Below, piece after piece: positions 1 to 11,038 of a stretch of 64,000 bases of DNA (the stretch's first letter is position 1; each line of letters starts with the position of its first letter). Position numbers and translations under genes: made by a program. The stretch lies in the NCBI GenBank assembly GCA_031266875.1, contig JAISAE010000056.1, forward strand, positions 3,630 to 67,629, read 5' to 3'. Under the pieces are notes generated by a model, which was given only the letters and a program-made list of their open reading frames with translations, was not told the DNA's origin and did no database searches. The stretch comes from Treponema sp. (GTDB lineage: Bacteria > Spirochaetota > Spirochaetia > Treponematales > Breznakiellaceae).

Positions 1-543
1 CCGGGGTTACAAATGTTGAGGTAATCAAAGCCCTTAATCACTGGAGAGATAGCTGAGGAGTCGTTCCCGTAGTGCCGACTCCTGACCCTGCGCGAACACA
101 CCCGCGCCCGCCATTATCGACAGTACCAGTCCCGCCACTGCCCTATTACCTGTTTTCATCATGGCCGTTCCTCCGTTGGCGGAGAATACGGCCTCAAAAC
201 TTATTGGTAATCCCCTGAGCGCCGGAGCGTATAAGGTGAAAATCATAATCCAGTTTACTGGTTCGGACAGCACCCACCTCAAAACCCGCGAACCATATGG
301 AATATCATGGAGATTTCTGCCCCACACAGTCAGAAAGTTCGGCTTTGCCCATTTTAAGGATATCTTTCCCGTTGAAAATTATCTCCCCGCTCTTGATCTT
401 GGCCTGCCGTACCAGGATGCGGAGGCTCACCTTTACCCCAGACTCATCTCCACCCGCAGGGCATGGACAATTTCCTCCGACACAAACATAGAGAAACCAA
501 CGAGAACCAAGATATATGTTAGAAATTTTCTGATAATACGCAT
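1..543 (-). pseudogene. Decayed Opp/Dpp-type ABC transporter ATP-binding protein remnant. It has multiple frame breaks and runs off the left edge.
   Basis: Hand translation of the minus strand gives collinear ATPase-like pieces in different frames. The pieces are FVSEEIVHALRVEMSLG* (Walker A region), VKVSLRILVRQAKIKSGEIIFNGKDILKMGKAELSDCVGQKSP*, WGRNLHDIPYGSRVLRWVLSEPV (compare MIFQDPYGSLNPR..EPL), GRILRQRRNGHDE (signature/Walker B region) and LRERLLSYLSSD*GL (compare LGLSYLFISHGLG in the intact paralog at 24146). No single frame stays open. Confidence 0.5.
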
Positions 544-793
544 CAATTATAAACTAACACACACACTATGCGATTGATACGAGGGCGTTACGGGGGAAGA
601 AACGCTTAACCGAGGCTCTTCTTTCCATGCTTAATGGCGGCTTTGCAGACTTTGCAGACTTTGACCTTTGCCTCGCCCTGTTCATGCAGAATCTTTACAT
701 TAGTTCGTTTACAGACTGGACATTCACCCCTTCCGTGCGCTGGAAGTTCCCTGATTCCCTTACCCCTATGCGCTTTTGACATTGGCTTGCTCC

Positions 794-1213
794 TTATTTT
801 TTTTCGTTATCCTGCTTTGCAGTTTTCTTTGCCCTCCGGTCTATTTCAGCCTCAAGGCTGTAATCAACCAGCTCAAGCACAACCATTTCCGCCGCATCCC
901 CAAACCGCTCGCCCAGCTTCAGAATCCGCGTATAGCCACCGGGGCGTTCTTTCATACGCACCGCGATGTCGATAAACAACTTCGCCACGATACCTTCATC
1001 AAATAGGCGGCTTGACACAATACGCCTGTTATGGACTGAGTCAATCTTTGCTCGTGTTATGAGCTTTTCAGCGCTCCGGCGAACCTCAAGCGCCTTTGCC
1101 TTTGTGGTCTTGATACGTCCATACCTGAACAATGACGTTACCATGTTACGATGCAACGCTTTACGGTGAGCTGCCATACGTTCAAGTGGGTTAAAGCCTC
1201 TTTTATGTTTCAT
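794..1213 (-). CDS. rplQ: 50S ribosomal protein L17
   Basis: 139-aa [28 protein letters not shown].. is typical of L17, and the gene is the last one after rpoA. Confidence 0.95.
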   Translation of the reverse strand: MKHKRGFNPLERMAAHRKALHRNMVTSLFRYGRIKTTKAKALEVRRSAEKLITRAKIDSVHNRRIVSSRLFDEGIVAKLFIDIAVRMKERPGGYTRILKLGERFGDAAEMVVLELVDYSLEAEIDRRAKKTAKQDNEKK

Positions 1214-2267
1214 GTGTTTCTGCTTCCTTTTCCTTTTGCGAGGAAAGTTTTACCATATTTCTCAGAGCGCTCAGATCGCTTATTCCAAGACCCAAGCCGG
1301 ACTCCTTCAGTTTTTCTTTTATCTCCTGCAACGACTTTTTGCCAAAGTTACGAGTCTTGGTAAGCTCGTCCTCAGTTTTTCTGATAAGTTCCCCGATGGT
1401 TCTGATACTCGCATTTTTCAGGCAATTTGATGAGCGAACCGATAATTCCAGTTCCTCAACCGGCCTATTCAAAAGCTGTTGAATCCAGCCACCAGCCTCA
1501 CCATCTGCATCATCGGCAATAAAGGCGTTTTCATCAAAGTTAATAAACGCCATGAAATAATCCTTGATGATCTTCGCGGCCTCACCCAGTGCGTCTTCTG
1601 GCTTAATGGTTCCATCGGTCCAAAGCTCAAGCGACAGTTTTTCAAAGTCAGCTCGCTGACCAACCCGTACCGGATCCACAGAATACTTTACCTTCTTCAC
1701 TGGTGAAAAGATCGCGTCCAGCGGAATCGTATTAACTTCTTCGATATATAAATCGTTTTCTTCCGCCGGCACATAGCCACGCGCCAGATCGATCTGAACC
1801 TCAAAATCAAGACGAGCATCATTCATCAGCGTCATAATATGCTGATCTTTACTCAAGACCTCAACCTGACCAGTTCGCTCTAAATCGTCGCTTTTGATCT
1901 CCCGCTGACCTGACCATTCATACAGAATAATATCCTGTTCCGTGTCTTCAAGAAGTCTCAAACGCACCTGCTTAAGATTGTTTATGACTTCAAGAGTGTC
2001 CTCCACAATGTTCGGAACCGCCTCGAATTCACTGGAAACTGCGTGAGCAACACCATCAGCGTTATACGAACTGATCTTCACCGCAGTAATCGCATATCCC
2101 TTGATCGAGGAAAGGAGAACCCGCCGCAATGTATTGCCAACAGTTGTCCCAAACCCAGGTTCAAAAGGAGACGCGACAAACTTACCATAATCAGAACACA
2201 GCTCACCATGCTCGAAACTAATACCTTTTGGACGTTTAAATCCTTTAAGGAGATTTTTACGGGCCAT
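1203..2267 (-). CDS. rpoA: DNA-directed RNA polymerase alpha subunit
   Basis: 354-aa ORF with RpoA N- and C-terminal domain sequence (..[22 protein letters not shown]..). Its position between rpsD and rplQ is as expected. Confidence 0.95.
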   Translation of the reverse strand: MARKNLLKGFKRPKGISFEHGELCSDYGKFVASPFEPGFGTTVGNTLRRVLLSSIKGYAITAVKISSYNADGVAHAVSSEFEAVPNIVEDTLEVINNLKQVRLRLLEDTEQDIILYEWSGQREIKSDDLERTGQVEVLSKDQHIMTLMNDARLDFEVQIDLARGYVPAEENDLYIEEVNTIPLDAIFSPVKKVKYSVDPVRVGQRADFEKLSLELWTDGTIKPEDALGEAAKIIKDYFMAFINFDENAFIADDADGEAGGWIQQLLNRPVEELELSVRSSNCLKNASIRTIGELIRKTEDELTKTRNFGKKSLQEIKEKLKESGLGLGISDLSALRNMVKLSSQKEKEAETHET

Positions 2268-2276
2268 TAAAACTCC

Positions 2277-2912
2277 TTACTTGGAATAGAATTCAACGAT
2301 CATCTGCTCTTTAATATCCGCGAGATCGGTTATATCACTCCTGCGCGGCACGGCAAGGAACCTGCCTTTCATGGCGTCAGGATCAACAGAAAGCCACGGC
2401 ATAACCCCAGCCCTCCCAAATTCTTTCAAAGCATCTTTTATGATTACAAGATTCTTACCAGACTCCCCAATTTCAACGATGTCATTAGGGCTAACCAGGT
2501 AAGAGGGAATATTCACTCGCTCATCATTCACCAGCACATGGCCGTGAAGCACGAACTGCCGTGCCTGCTGTCTACTCACCGCGAAACGCAGACGGTATAT
2601 CACATTATCTAGTCTACGTTCAAGGAGTGCGAACAAGTTCTCACCGGTGATACCAGTCATACGCAATGCTCGCTCAAAGAAAAGACGGAACTGCTTTTCC
2701 TGTATACCGTATATTCTCTTCAGCTTCTGTTTTTCACGGAGCTGAGTTCCATAATTCGACCGTTTTCCAGGCCGTACCTTGGGGTCTTTGCCCGGAGCTG
2801 GTCGTTTTTTATTGATCGGACACTTATCACTTTTGCAACGCGCCCCTTTGAGCATGAGCTTCTTCTGGTCAACGCGGCATAACCGACAAACTGGTCCCGT
2901 ATATCTTGCCAT
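2277..2912 (-). CDS. rpsD: 30S ribosomal protein S4
   Basis: The ORF reads MARYTGPVCRLCR.. from the ATG at 2912. The longer ORF to 2957 overlaps rpsK. AAGGAG lies 11 nt upstream of 2912. Confidence 0.92.
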   Translation of the reverse strand: MARYTGPVCRLCRVDQKKLMLKGARCKSDKCPINKKRPAPGKDPKVRPGKRSNYGTQLREKQKLKRIYGIQEKQFRLFFERALRMTGITGENLFALLERRLDNVIYRLRFAVSRQQARQFVLHGHVLVNDERVNIPSYLVSPNDIVEIGESGKNLVIIKDALKEFGRAGVMPWLSVDPDAMKGRFLAVPRRSDITDLADIKEQMIVEFYSK

Positions 2913-2926
2913 CTTCTTCCTTCTCC

Positions 2927-3310
2927 TTAGATACGCCTTGTTTTCCGAGGCCGACACCCATTATGAGGAATCGGGGTAACATCATTGATTGATTTCACCT
3001 TGATTCCTAGTGCGCCAAGCTGTCTGATGGCGGACTCCCGGCCAAGGCCGGGGCCTTTGACATATACATGAACTTCCCGCAACCCAACTTGCATCGCCTT
3101 TTGAGCCGCAGTCTCAGTTACAGTTTGCGCTGCGAATGGGGTGGATTTCTTCGCGCCCCTGAATCCAAGCCCGCCAGAACTAGCCCACGAAATAGCATTA
3201 CCCATAATATCAGTTATGGTAACAATCGTGTTATTAAACGTTGCCTGTATATACACATTACCTTCGTATACGGACTTTTTTTCTTTCCGTCGTTTCGTCG
3301 TATTAGCCAC
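2927..3310 (-). CDS. rpsK: 30S ribosomal protein S11
   Basis: 127-aa ORF. ..[18 protein letters not shown].. is typical of S11. Confidence 0.95.
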   Translation of the reverse strand: MANTTKRRKEKKSVYEGNVYIQATFNNTIVTITDIMGNAISWASSGGLGFRGAKKSTPFAAQTVTETAAQKAMQVGLREVHVYVKGPGLGRESAIRQLGALGIKVKSINDVTPIPHNGCRPRKTRRI

Positions 3311-3334
3311 CGCTATCCTCCATATAAATACGCG

Positions 3335-3700
3335 CTATTTCTTCTTACCCGCGACAGTCTTCTTCTTACCCTTGCGAGTTCGTGCATTGGTACGCGTCCG
3401 TTGTCCCCTCAGCGGCAACCCCTTCCGATGTCTCAGCCCCCGATAACACCCGATATCCATAAGTCGCTTGATGTTTAGGGCTATCTCAGTACGTAAACGT
3501 CCCTCAACTTTATAGTCATTTTCAATGATCTGACGAAGCTCGTTAAGTTCTTCGACTGAAAGATCGTTAATCAGCCGCAAAGGATCGAATTTCGCCTTAA
3601 CACAAATCTCATCTGCACTCGACCTACCAATCCCATAGATATAGGTTAACGCGATGTTCGTGTGCTTGTTAGGAAGGTCAATTCCCGCTATACGTGCCAT
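3335..3700 (-). CDS. rpsM: 30S ribosomal protein S13
   Basis: 121-aa ORF beginning [13 protein letters not shown].. Confidence 0.95.
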   Translation of the reverse strand: MARIAGIDLPNKHTNIALTYIYGIGRSSADEICVKAKFDPLRLINDLSVEELNELRQIIENDYKVEGRLRTEIALNIKRLMDIGCYRGLRHRKGLPLRGQRTRTNARTRKGKKKTVAGKKK

Positions 3701-3708
3701 AGTCGCTC

Positions 3709-3822
3709 CTACCCCTGCTTCTGCTTATGCTTTGGGTTTTGGCAAATGATCCGTATGATCCCATTCCGCTTGATTACCTTGCATTTGTCACAAATAGGCT
3801 TAACGCTTGTTCGGACTTTCAT
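3709..3822 (-). CDS. rpmJ: 50S ribosomal protein L36
   Basis: This ORF is not in the ORF track because it is under 60 aa. Hand translation gives [37 protein letters not shown]. It lies between secY and rpsM. Confidence 0.9.
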   Translation of the reverse strand: MKVRTSVKPICDKCKVIKRNGIIRIICQNPKHKQKQG

Positions 3823-3910
3823 TATTTCTCCACCTCTTTCTTTATGCCCTTCAAGAGCAGTTTTTCATATTAAAGCAAATCCCGACCACTTCGTCAATGC
3901 ACCCCAGACA

Positions 3911-5239
3911 CTACAGATTGCGCCCATGAAGCCGTCCTTTCTTCGTAAGCCCTTCATGATGATGCATCTTGAGAAGACCCTCAACCTGACTCATGGTATC
4001 AAGATCAACGCCAACCAATATCAGCAACGATGTACCGCCCATCAGATACGAAATCGACGATGGAAAGTTAAAGCCCCACTGAATGAGTGTAGGGATAATC
4101 GCAATAAGCGCGAGATACAATGAACCGGGTAACACAATCCGATTCAGTATCTTGGTCAGGTATTCCTCTATGCGTTCCGCCCGAATCCCCGGTATGGAAC
4201 CACCGTTCTCACGGATGTTCTTGGCAATCTCAATCGGGTTCAGGCTTACCTGAGTGTAAAAGTACGCGAAGAAGATGATCAACACCACATACAATATATT
4301 ATAAAGTGGACCTGTGGGACGCAAGGTCTGAGACACCGCCGCCAGCCACGCCACATTACCGCCAATGGTCGAGGCAATTTGGAGCGGAAAGGTCAGAATC
4401 GACGAGGCAAAAATAACCGGAATCACGCCAGAAGGGTTGATCTTGAAAGGAATGTATGTGTTGGAAGCGCCATACATGCGCCGTCCCACAACCCGTTTCG
4501 CGTAATTAACCGGAATCTTACGTTGTCCCTGCTGTTCAAACACCACAAGAGCCACAACACCAACAAAGATCACTAACACCACAATAACAAACACGAGGTT
4601 AAGATCGCCATTTCGCACCTGCCCCAGTAGTTCCCATAACGCCTGCGGAAGTCGCGCCACAATGCCGGCGAAAATCAACAGCGATATGCCATTGCCAATA
4701 CCGCACTTTGTGATCTGCTCGCCTATCCACATGAGAAACATCGTTCCCACTGTTACAGTGAGCATGGCCAATATACTGAACGGAACTATGTTCATAGTCA
4801 GAAGGTTTTCCACACTCCGAGAAATGCTCTGTGCGTACTGCGTAACCGCAAACGCCTGAATAAGACATACCACCACGGTTCCAACACGCTGGTATGTGTG
4901 TATTTTCTTCTTGCCGCCTTCCTCCTGCGAAATCTTTTTCAGACGGGGAAATACAATCAGTAACAATTGCATGATGATCGACATGGAGATATACGGCATG
5001 ATCCCCAACATGAACACTGAAAAGTTTGAGAATGCGCCACCAGCGAAGAAGTCAAGATAATCAACAATGGCATTACCGGAATTTTGCTGGGAGAGAAAAT
5101 AAGCGTTCAGTTCCTGAACATTGATCCCGGGTACAGGAAGCACCGCGCCAATGCGAAACACAACCAGCATAAGCACAGTAAAGATGATACGTTCCCGAAG
5201 TTCTTTAACCCTGAAAATACCAACTAATGGATTAGCCAT
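3911..5239 (-). CDS. secY: Preprotein translocase subunit SecY
   Basis: 442-aa polytopic membrane ORF with SecY sequence, located after rplO. Confidence 0.95.
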   Translation of the reverse strand: MANPLVGIFRVKELRERIIFTVLMLVVFRIGAVLPVPGINVQELNAYFLSQQNSGNAIVDYLDFFAGGAFSNFSVFMLGIMPYISMSIIMQLLLIVFPRLKKISQEEGGKKKIHTYQRVGTVVVCLIQAFAVTQYAQSISRSVENLLTMNIVPFSILAMLTVTVGTMFLMWIGEQITKCGIGNGISLLIFAGIVARLPQALWELLGQVRNGDLNLVFVIVVLVIFVGVVALVVFEQQGQRKIPVNYAKRVVGRRMYGASNTYIPFKINPSGVIPVIFASSILTFPLQIASTIGGNVAWLAAVSQTLRPTGPLYNILYVVLIIFFAYFYTQVSLNPIEIAKNIRENGGSIPGIRAERIEEYLTKILNRIVLPGSLYLALIAIIPTLIQWGFNFPSSISYLMGGTSLLILVGVDLDTMSQVEGLLKMHHHEGLTKKGRLHGRNL

Positions 5240-5290
5240 GTAATATTTCCTATTGTTATTATTTTAAAATCAAAATCAATCAAAATCGAG

Positions 5291-5734
5291 TTACAAAACA
5301 TCGACAACGCCACCAGCTTTCTCGATCTTTTCTTTGGCAACCTTAGATACTGCTCCAACCTTAAAACTAAGTTTCTTAGAGATATCCCCATTCGCCAGAA
5401 TTTTAACCAGCGTTTTTCTCTTAATCAAGCGCTTCGCGGTCAGGCTCGCTACATCAACGAGTTCTCCCTCGTTATACACCTTTTCTATCATTTCCAAGTT
5501 TACTATCTGGACTTCCCTTTTAAAGGGATAGTTAGAAAAACCGCGCTGCGCGAGTCGCCGGTACAGCGGCATCTGTCCACCCTCAAAGCCAACATAGGTT
5601 TTCCCACCAGAACGCGCCTTCTGTCCCTTATTGCCCTTGCTGGCGGTTGTACCATGTCCCGAACCCTGTCCACGACCAACAATCCGTTTGCGTTTGTGCG
5701 CCCCTGCAGGTGCATGCAAGTCAAAATCATGCAT
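5291..5734 (-). CDS. rplO: 50S ribosomal protein L15
   Basis: 147-aa ORF. ..RIVGRGQGSGHGTTASKGNKGQKARSGG.. is typical of L15. Confidence 0.95.
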   Translation of the reverse strand: MHDFDLHAPAGAHKRKRIVGRGQGSGHGTTASKGNKGQKARSGGKTYVGFEGGQMPLYRRLAQRGFSNYPFKREVQIVNLEMIEKVYNEGELVDVASLTAKRLIKRKTLVKILANGDISKKLSFKVGAVSKVAKEKIEKAGGVVDVL

Positions 5735-5919
5735 TATTTCACTTCCTCCACCGCAACCAGATGTGAAACAATCCTTACCATACCCAGTATGGCAGGACTT
5801 GCTTCCTGTTCACTTGATGATCCGATTTTCCTCAAACCAAGCGAGCGAACCGTAGCCCGTTGTTTGGGAAGAGCTCCTATTGTACTACGTATAAGCCGGA
5901 TCCTAATCTTCTGCACCAT
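5734..5919 (-). CDS. rpmD: 50S ribosomal protein L30
   Basis: 61-aa ORF reading MVQKIRIRLIRSTIGALPKQRATVRSLGLRKIG.., located between rpsE and rplO. Confidence 0.9.
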   Translation of the reverse strand: MVQKIRIRLIRSTIGALPKQRATVRSLGLRKIGSSSEQEASPAILGMVRIVSHLVAVEEVK

Positions 5920-5922
5920 TGC

Positions 5923-6450
5923 TTAACCCCATACATCTTTGAGGGCTTTCCCTCGGTTCTTGGCCACTGCCTTCGCATCCATCATCTTATTGATACAATT
6001 AAATGTAGCCTTCACCACATTATACTGACTCGATGCTCCAATGGACTTACTCAGCACATCGGTAACACCACCAGCCTCCATGATCGCACGCACCGGCCCA
6101 CCCGCAATAATCCCTGTACCGGAACACGCGGGCTTCAGCAAAACCCGCGAGGCCTTGAAGTTTCCCTCAATTTCGTGAGGAATGGTTCCACTCTTAATTG
6201 GGAACGGCACAAGGCTACGCTTCGCCTTTTCAACGCTTTTACGAATAGCCTCGGAAACATCGTTAGCCTTACCAAAACCAAAGCCCACGTTTCCCTTACG
6301 ATCTCCGACTACCGTTAAAGCAGAAAAAGAAAACCGGCGTCCACCTTTCACCACCTTAGCAGTTCTGTTGAGCTTCACCAGCTTTTCAACAAATTCTTTG
6401 TCTTTCTCCGGCGAATTCCGATCTCTGTCTCTATCGCGTGAATATTCCAT
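5923..6450 (-). CDS. rpsE: 30S ribosomal protein S5
   Basis: 175-aa ORF containing ..[24 protein letters not shown].. Confidence 0.95.
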   Translation of the reverse strand: MEYSRDRDRDRNSPEKDKEFVEKLVKLNRTAKVVKGGRRFSFSALTVVGDRKGNVGFGFGKANDVSEAIRKSVEKAKRSLVPFPIKSGTIPHEIEGNFKASRVLLKPACSGTGIIAGGPVRAIMEAGGVTDVLSKSIGASSQYNVVKATFNCINKMMDAKAVAKNRGKALKDVWG

Positions 6451-6468
6451 GCTTTTTCCGCTCTCCTC

Positions 6469-6831
6469 TTAAAACTGTATTCCGGCTTTACGCACACCAT
6501 CAGCCATTGCTTTTACCACTCCATGATAGAGATACCCATTTCGATCAAAGACAACCGTCTTGATATTCTTCTCAAGGAGACGTTTCCCCATGATCTCGCC
6601 CAACTGAGCGCCACCTTCCACTGTTGGCTTAATGGCCTTCAACTCCGCTTCAAGCGTTGAAGCTGAAGCCAGCGTATGTCCCTTTGAGTCATCAATGACC
6701 TGCATATACAAGGCGCGATTACTCCGCGTAACCGTCATGCGTGGCCGTTCCGCAGTACCGGATATAAGTTTGCGTATATGCGTCTTTCTTTTAAACCGTT
6801 TCCGGTCTTTCTCAATCATCTTTCGCAACAT
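6469..6831 (-). CDS. rplR: 50S ribosomal protein L18
   Basis: 120-aa ORF with L18-like sequence in the expected operon position. Confidence 0.93.
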   Translation of the reverse strand: MLRKMIEKDRKRFKRKTHIRKLISGTAERPRMTVTRSNRALYMQVIDDSKGHTLASASTLEAELKAIKPTVEGGAQLGEIMGKRLLEKNIKTVVFDRNGYLYHGVVKAMADGVRKAGIQF

Positions 6832-6840
6832 AGTTTAAAC

Positions 6841-7380
6841 CTACTTCACGCCGGATTTACCGACTTTCCTTTTGATTTGCTCATCTTCATAACGAATACC
6901 CTTGCCTTTGTACGGTTCAGGTAGACGGAGTTTGCGAATTTCGGAAGCAAATTCCCCGACCTGTTGTTTATCAATCCCGCTTATCACGACCCGTCCATTC
7001 GCCTCAATCACCACTGACAACCCCTCGGGAATCCCGACTAGGATATCGTTAGAATAACCGAGGCTCATGGACATGACTCTGCCCTGTACTTCAGCCCGAT
7101 ACCCAACACCCGTTATCACAAGCGCTCTGGTGAAACCGGTAGAAACTCCGATCACCATATTGTTAAGCAGATTGCGATACAGACCATGAAAAGCCTTTGT
7201 CTGCTTTTCCTCATTGGCCCTACTTATCACAATCAGATCCTCCTCCGGCTTAAAACTGATAACCGGATGGTATTTTTGTATCAGCTTCCCTTTAGGGCCT
7301 TCCACAGTGATGACTTCATTATGGAAGCTCACCTTCACCCCAGCCGGGACCCTGACCGGAATTTTTCCGATACGCGACAT
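6841..7380 (-). CDS. rplF: 50S ribosomal protein L6
   Basis: 179-aa ORF beginning [17 protein letters not shown].. Confidence 0.95.
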   Translation of the reverse strand: MSRIGKIPVRVPAGVKVSFHNEVITVEGPKGKLIQKYHPVISFKPEEDLIVISRANEEKQTKAFHGLYRNLLNNMVIGVSTGFTRALVITGVGYRAEVQGRVMSMSLGYSNDILVGIPEGLSVVIEANGRVVISGIDKQQVGEFASEIRKLRLPEPYKGKGIRYEDEQIKRKVGKSGVK

Positions 7381-7389
7381 ATACGCCCC

Positions 7390-7791
7390 TTACCAAACCG
7401 TACAGATGACTTCGCCGCCGATTTTCTTCTCAGCCGCTTTTTTCCCAGTGGTAACACCAACCGATGTTGAGACAATCAATGTACCATATCCATTAAAAAC
7501 CCGTGGCATATCCTTATAACCAGCATACACACGGCGACCAGGCTTAGAAACCTTTTCAAGTCCGTGAATAATCGAGATAGACTGGTCATCATACTTAAGA
7601 AACACCCGTATGATATTACCGCCGTCATCCTGATTTACCTTTTTAAAATTTTTGATATACCCTTCGGTCTTCAGAATCTTTATAACCTCAAGCTTCAGTT
7701 TAGAGGCGGGGATATCAACTTTTTCGTGCTTTGCCATACCGGCATTCCGAATCTTGGTCAGCATATCCGCAATGGGATCAGAAACACTCAT
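7390..7791 (-). CDS. rpsH: 30S ribosomal protein S8
   Basis: 133-aa ORF beginning [17 protein letters not shown].. Confidence 0.95.
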   Translation of the reverse strand: MSVSDPIADMLTKIRNAGMAKHEKVDIPASKLKLEVIKILKTEGYIKNFKKVNQDDGGNIIRVFLKYDDQSISIIHGLEKVSKPGRRVYAGYKDMPRVFNGYGTLIVSTSVGVTTGKKAAEKKIGGEVICTVW

Positions 7792-7802
7792 ATCCTTTTC
7801 TC

Positions 7803-7988
7803 CTACCAGCTTGATTTAGTAATGCCAGGGATCAGACCTTCACTCGCCAGCTTGCGGAAACAAAGACGACACATCTCAAATTTCCGCAGATAACCCCTTG
7901 CCCGCCCGCAGATACGACACCGATTTACCTTTCTCGTTTTATATTTAGGTGCCCTGAGCGCCTTTATGATCATCGCCTTTCTTGCCAT
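7803..7988 (-). CDS. rpsN: 30S ribosomal protein S14, short zinc-binding type
   Basis: 61-aa ORF with [22 protein letters not shown] (a C-x2-C...C-x2-C pattern). Confidence 0.93.
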   Translation of the reverse strand: MARKAMIIKALRAPKYKTRKVNRCRICGRARGYLRKFEMCRLCFRKLASEGLIPGITKSSW

Positions 7989-8023
7989 GCTACCTCCAGT
8001 TTGCGCGTCAAAATGGCGCGTGT

Positions 8024-8680
8024 TTATTTCTTGAACGGCATTCCGAACTTCGTGAGAAAGGCTTTTGCCTCCGCGTCAGTTCGCGCCGTTGTTACAATTA
8101 CGATATTAAGCCCTGATACCCGCTCGATCTTGTCAAAGTCAATCTCTGGAAAAATAATCTGCTCGACAATGCCAAGCGAATAGTTCCCGTGACCGTCAAA
8201 AGCGTTCTGGTTCACACCACGAAAGTCCTTAACACGCGGCAACGCGACGTTGACTAGCCGGTCAAGAAACTCATACATCCTCGCTCCCCGTAGAGTAACT
8301 TTCACGCCAATCTCCTGACCTGCACGAATCTTGAAGTTTGCTATGCTCTTCCGCGCCTTAGTCTTGACCGCTTTTTGCCCAGTGATAAGCGTGAGATCGT
8401 CAACAGCCGCATCCAGCAACTTTTTGTTCTGCAAGGCCTCGCCCACACCCATATTCATTACAATCTTCTCAAGCCGTGGGATCTGCATCTTGGAAGAGTA
8501 CCCAAACTCCTTAAAAAGCTCCGGAAGAATCTGTTCGCGATATATCTTTTTAAGACGAGGCTCCACGACTACTACCAGTGCTTTCTTCGCCTCACCCTTT
8601 TCTTTCTTTACTTCCGCACTCTTCGCTACGTTTGTAACTCCAGCCTTCTTTTCGCTTTTTTTCCCTTCACCCTTTGTCAT
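8024..8680 (-). CDS. rplE: 50S ribosomal protein L5 with a lysine-rich N-terminal extension
   Basis: The L5 core begins around ..[15 protein letters not shown].. I prefer the ATG at 8680 (MTKGEGKK..) because it directly follows the rplX stop. The ORF is open up to 8695. Confidence 0.9.
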   Translation of the reverse strand: MTKGEGKKSEKKAGVTNVAKSAEVKKEKGEAKKALVVVVEPRLKKIYREQILPELFKEFGYSSKMQIPRLEKIVMNMGVGEALQNKKLLDAAVDDLTLITGQKAVKTKARKSIANFKIRAGQEIGVKVTLRGARMYEFLDRLVNVALPRVKDFRGVNQNAFDGHGNYSLGIVEQIIFPEIDFDKIERVSGLNIVIVTTARTDAEAKAFLTKFGMPFKK

Positions 8681-8994
8681 AGTGCCTCTCCACATTTCCG
8701 GCAGACACGAACCTTGGCATTTCCATCCTGCTTAAAACCTATCCGCGTCGGCCCGCATTTTTTGCACAGGATCATCACATTGGAACTGTGAATCGCCGCT
8801 TCTATCTCAACAATTCCACCTCGATCCTGCTGATTTCGACGTTTTTTTGCTTTTTTGACAATATTAATGCCCTCAATCACTAGCCTGTCTTTATCCCGTA
8901 GGATTTTAAGAATCTGTCCCCGTTTTCCCTTGTCCTTGCCAGTGATAACTTCTACCATATCTTCTTTTTTCAGCTTAAACTTGTGCTGTATCAT
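8677..8994 (-). CDS. rplX: 50S ribosomal protein L24
   Basis: L24 sequence (..[23 protein letters not shown]..). The ATG at 8994 sits 8 nt after a GGAG. ATG 9000 and GTG 9003 are alternative starts. Confidence 0.9.
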   Translation of the reverse strand: MIQHKFKLKKEDMVEVITGKDKGKRGQILKILRDKDRLVIEGINIVKKAKKRRNQQDRGGIVEIEAAIHSSNVMILCKKCGPTRIGFKQDGNAKVRVCRKCGEAL

Positions 8995-9009
8995 GCTCAT
9001 CACTCCTTT

Positions 9010-9378
9010 TTACAGGACCTCTGGGGCAAGGGAAACAATTTTCATATAATCTTTTTCCCGCAATTCCCTCGCAACCGGCCCGAAAATACGTTTTCCTTTG
9101 GGATTCAGCGTCGCATCAATGATCACGCACGCATTATCATCAAAGCGGATATAAGTGCCGTCAGGTCTCCGATACTCCTTGTGGGTTCTCACCACAACCG
9201 CCTTTTCAACCGTTCCCTTCTTTATATTCGATGTGGGAAGTGCGTCCTTAACCGCCACCACAATAATGTCGCCGATACTAGCATACTTCCGTTTAGAACC
9301 GCCAAGTACCTTTATACACTGAACCAATTTAGCCCCTGAATTGTCAGCAACATTCAGGAACGTTTCCACCTGAATCAT
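9010..9378 (-). CDS. rplN: 50S ribosomal protein L14
   Basis: [17 protein letters not shown].. starts at the ATG at 9378. The longer ORF to 9471 overlaps rpsQ and is not L14-like. Confidence 0.93.
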   Translation of the reverse strand: MIQVETFLNVADNSGAKLVQCIKVLGGSKRKYASIGDIIVVAVKDALPTSNIKKGTVEKAVVVRTHKEYRRPDGTYIRFDDNACVIIDATLNPKGKRIFGPVARELREKDYMKIVSLAPEVL

Positions 9379-9400
9379 TTTTTTTCTTCTCCCCGCACCG

Positions 9401-9664
9401 CTATCGCGCACGTTCCATAATGGTCGCGAGCTTCCAGCATTTCTCTTTACTGATGGGACGACACTCCACAACTCGTACCCGATCCCCTATCTTCGCCTCA
9501 TTAGTCTCATCATGCACCTTTACCTTCTTGATACGAGTAACATATTTTTTATAAAGCGAATGCAGAGTCATAGTTTCAACTGCGACTACAATAGTTTTAT
9601 CCATCTTGTCACTTTTCACTATCCCCACAAACTCTTTCTTCCTTTTTACACTCTCTTCAGCCAC
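9401..9664 (-). CDS. rpsQ: 30S ribosomal protein S17
   Basis: 87-aa ORF with S17-like sequence in the expected position. Confidence 0.92.
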   Translation of the reverse strand: MAEESVKRKKEFVGIVKSDKMDKTIVVAVETMTLHSLYKKYVTRIKKVKVHDETNEAKIGDRVRVVECRPISKEKCWKLATIMERAR

Positions 9665-9675
9665 GATACTGCTCC

Positions 9676-9888
9676 TTATTTCCCACCGCTCTGCGCGTTC
9701 TGCGGTTTTTCCTGCTGCCGGATCAGAGTATTGAGCCGGGCAATCTGTCGCCTCATAATCCGTTTTTGTAGAGGGTTCTCCACATGACCGATAACCATAT
9801 GAAAGCGGAATTCCATATACTTTCTATTCAACTCATCACGTTTTGCCTTAAGCTCGGATAACGACAAGTTCTTAAACGAGTTCTTCAT
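9676..9888 (-). CDS. rpmC: 50S ribosomal protein L29
   Basis: ATG at 9888 (MKNSFKNLSLSELKAKRDEL..). The track start at 9906 is a TTG inside the rplP end. Confidence 0.9.
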   Translation of the reverse strand: MKNSFKNLSLSELKAKRDELNRKYMEFRFHMVIGHVENPLQKRIMRRQIARLNTLIRQQEKPQNAQSGGK

Positions 9889-9902
9889 GCTTACAACCTT
9901 CC

Positions 9903-10331
9903 TCAACCCAACTCAAAATCAGCGCGAGCCACGAACTTTGTTTTGATAGGCAACTTAGCTCCAGCAAGAACCATAGCTTCCTCGGCAATTGCTTTTTCAA
10001 TACCGCCAATCTCAAACATCACGGTTCCCGGCTTTACCACCGCCACCCAGTATTCAGGAGCGCCCTTACCTTTACCCATGCGGGTTTCAGCCGGCTTCTT
10101 TGAAAAAGGTTTGTCCGGAAAAATTCGTATCCATATCTGCCCGCCGCGCTTCACATGCCGGTTCAGAGCAATACGAGCGGCCTCCATCTGCCGGTTCGTA
10201 ATCCACATTGGCTCCAGAGCGACCAAAGCGTAATCGCCAAAAACAACAGTATTCCCCCGCGTGGCGCTTCCTCTCATAGCGCTAACTCCACGCTGTACCT
10301 TACGATGTTTAACCCGTTTGGGACTTAGCAT
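9903..10331 (-). CDS. rplP: 50S ribosomal protein L16
   Basis: 142-aa ORF beginning [15 protein letters not shown].. Confidence 0.95.
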   Translation of the reverse strand: MLSPKRVKHRKVQRGVSAMRGSATRGNTVVFGDYALVALEPMWITNRQMEAARIALNRHVKRGGQIWIRIFPDKPFSKKPAETRMGKGKGAPEYWVAVVKPGTVMFEIGGIEKAIAEEAMVLAGAKLPIKTKFVARADFELG

Positions 10332-10333
10332 TT

Positions 10334-11038
10334 TTAACTCCTTGCCAAGACCCGTTCACGCCGTTTCCGAACCAGCACTCCCGCGTCTTCCTTCTGTTCT
10401 TTACCGTACTTCATGCCATTATATACCCACACCTTAACGCCAATAACGCCAAAGGTAGTATGCGCTTCCGCAAACCCATAATCAATATCTGCCCGCAAAG
10501 TATGGAGCGGGATGCGCCCTTCTTTGGCTTCCTCAGTACGCGACATTTCAGCGCCACCCAGCCGACCAGAAAGCCGCACCTTAACGCCCTGTGCGTTTCC
10601 CTTCTTAACTGCGTTTGTTATTGCCTGCTTCATCGTTCTCCTGAACGATGAACGGTTCAAAAGCTGGCGAGCAATACCCTGCGCAATGATCTGCGCGTTG
10701 CTATCCGCGTTACGAATCTCTTTAATCTTTATCTGAATCTTTTTGGCAACGTACTTTTGCAGTTCAGCGCCAATCTTCTCAATATTCGCACCCTTTGTCC
10801 CGATAATAACACCCGGACGAGCCGTATGAATCGTAACCGTGATACGCTGGGGATGTCGGATGATCTCAAACTCAGCAACATCCGCACCTTTGGTTTCCGG
10901 CATGGCCATGATGAGTTTACGTAATTTCAAATCCTCATGAAGTGTATCCGCGTATTCTCTGGGATCCACATACCACCGCGATCCCCACGTCTTGTTGATA
11001 CCCAGCCGCAACCCAACGGGGTTAACTTTTTGTCCCAC
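10334..11038 (-). CDS. rpsC: 30S ribosomal protein S3
   Basis: S3 begins at [14 protein letters not shown] checked a GTG at 11036-11038. The upstream part of the ORF overlaps rplV. Confidence 0.92.
   Translation of the reverse strand: MGQKVNPVGLRLGINKTWGSRWYVDPREYADTLHEDLKLRKLIMAMPETKGADVAEFEIIRHPQRITVTIHTARPGVIIGTKGANIEKIGAELQKYVAKKIQIKIKEIRNADSNAQIIAQGIARQLLNRSSFRRTMKQAITNAVKKGNAQGVKVRLSGRLGGAEMSRTEEAKEGRIPLHTLRADIDYGFAEAHTTFGVIGVKVWVYNGMKYGKEQKEDAGVLVRKRRERVLARS

Noticed and set aside
161-577. The plus-strand ORFs at 161-577 (138 aa) and 297-491, and the minus-strand ORF at 34-327.
   Set aside because: The region is better explained as a frame-broken ABC ATPase pseudogene on the minus strand. 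The ORF at 34-327 is one surviving frame segment of it. The plus-strand ORFs have no recognisable features.
3823-3910. An expected infA, adk or map gene between secY and rpmJ.
   Set aside because: The gap is only 88 nt and holds no ORF. The genes are simply absent from this cluster, an order I recall as typical of Treponema-like genomes. This is noted only as weak taxonomic evidence.
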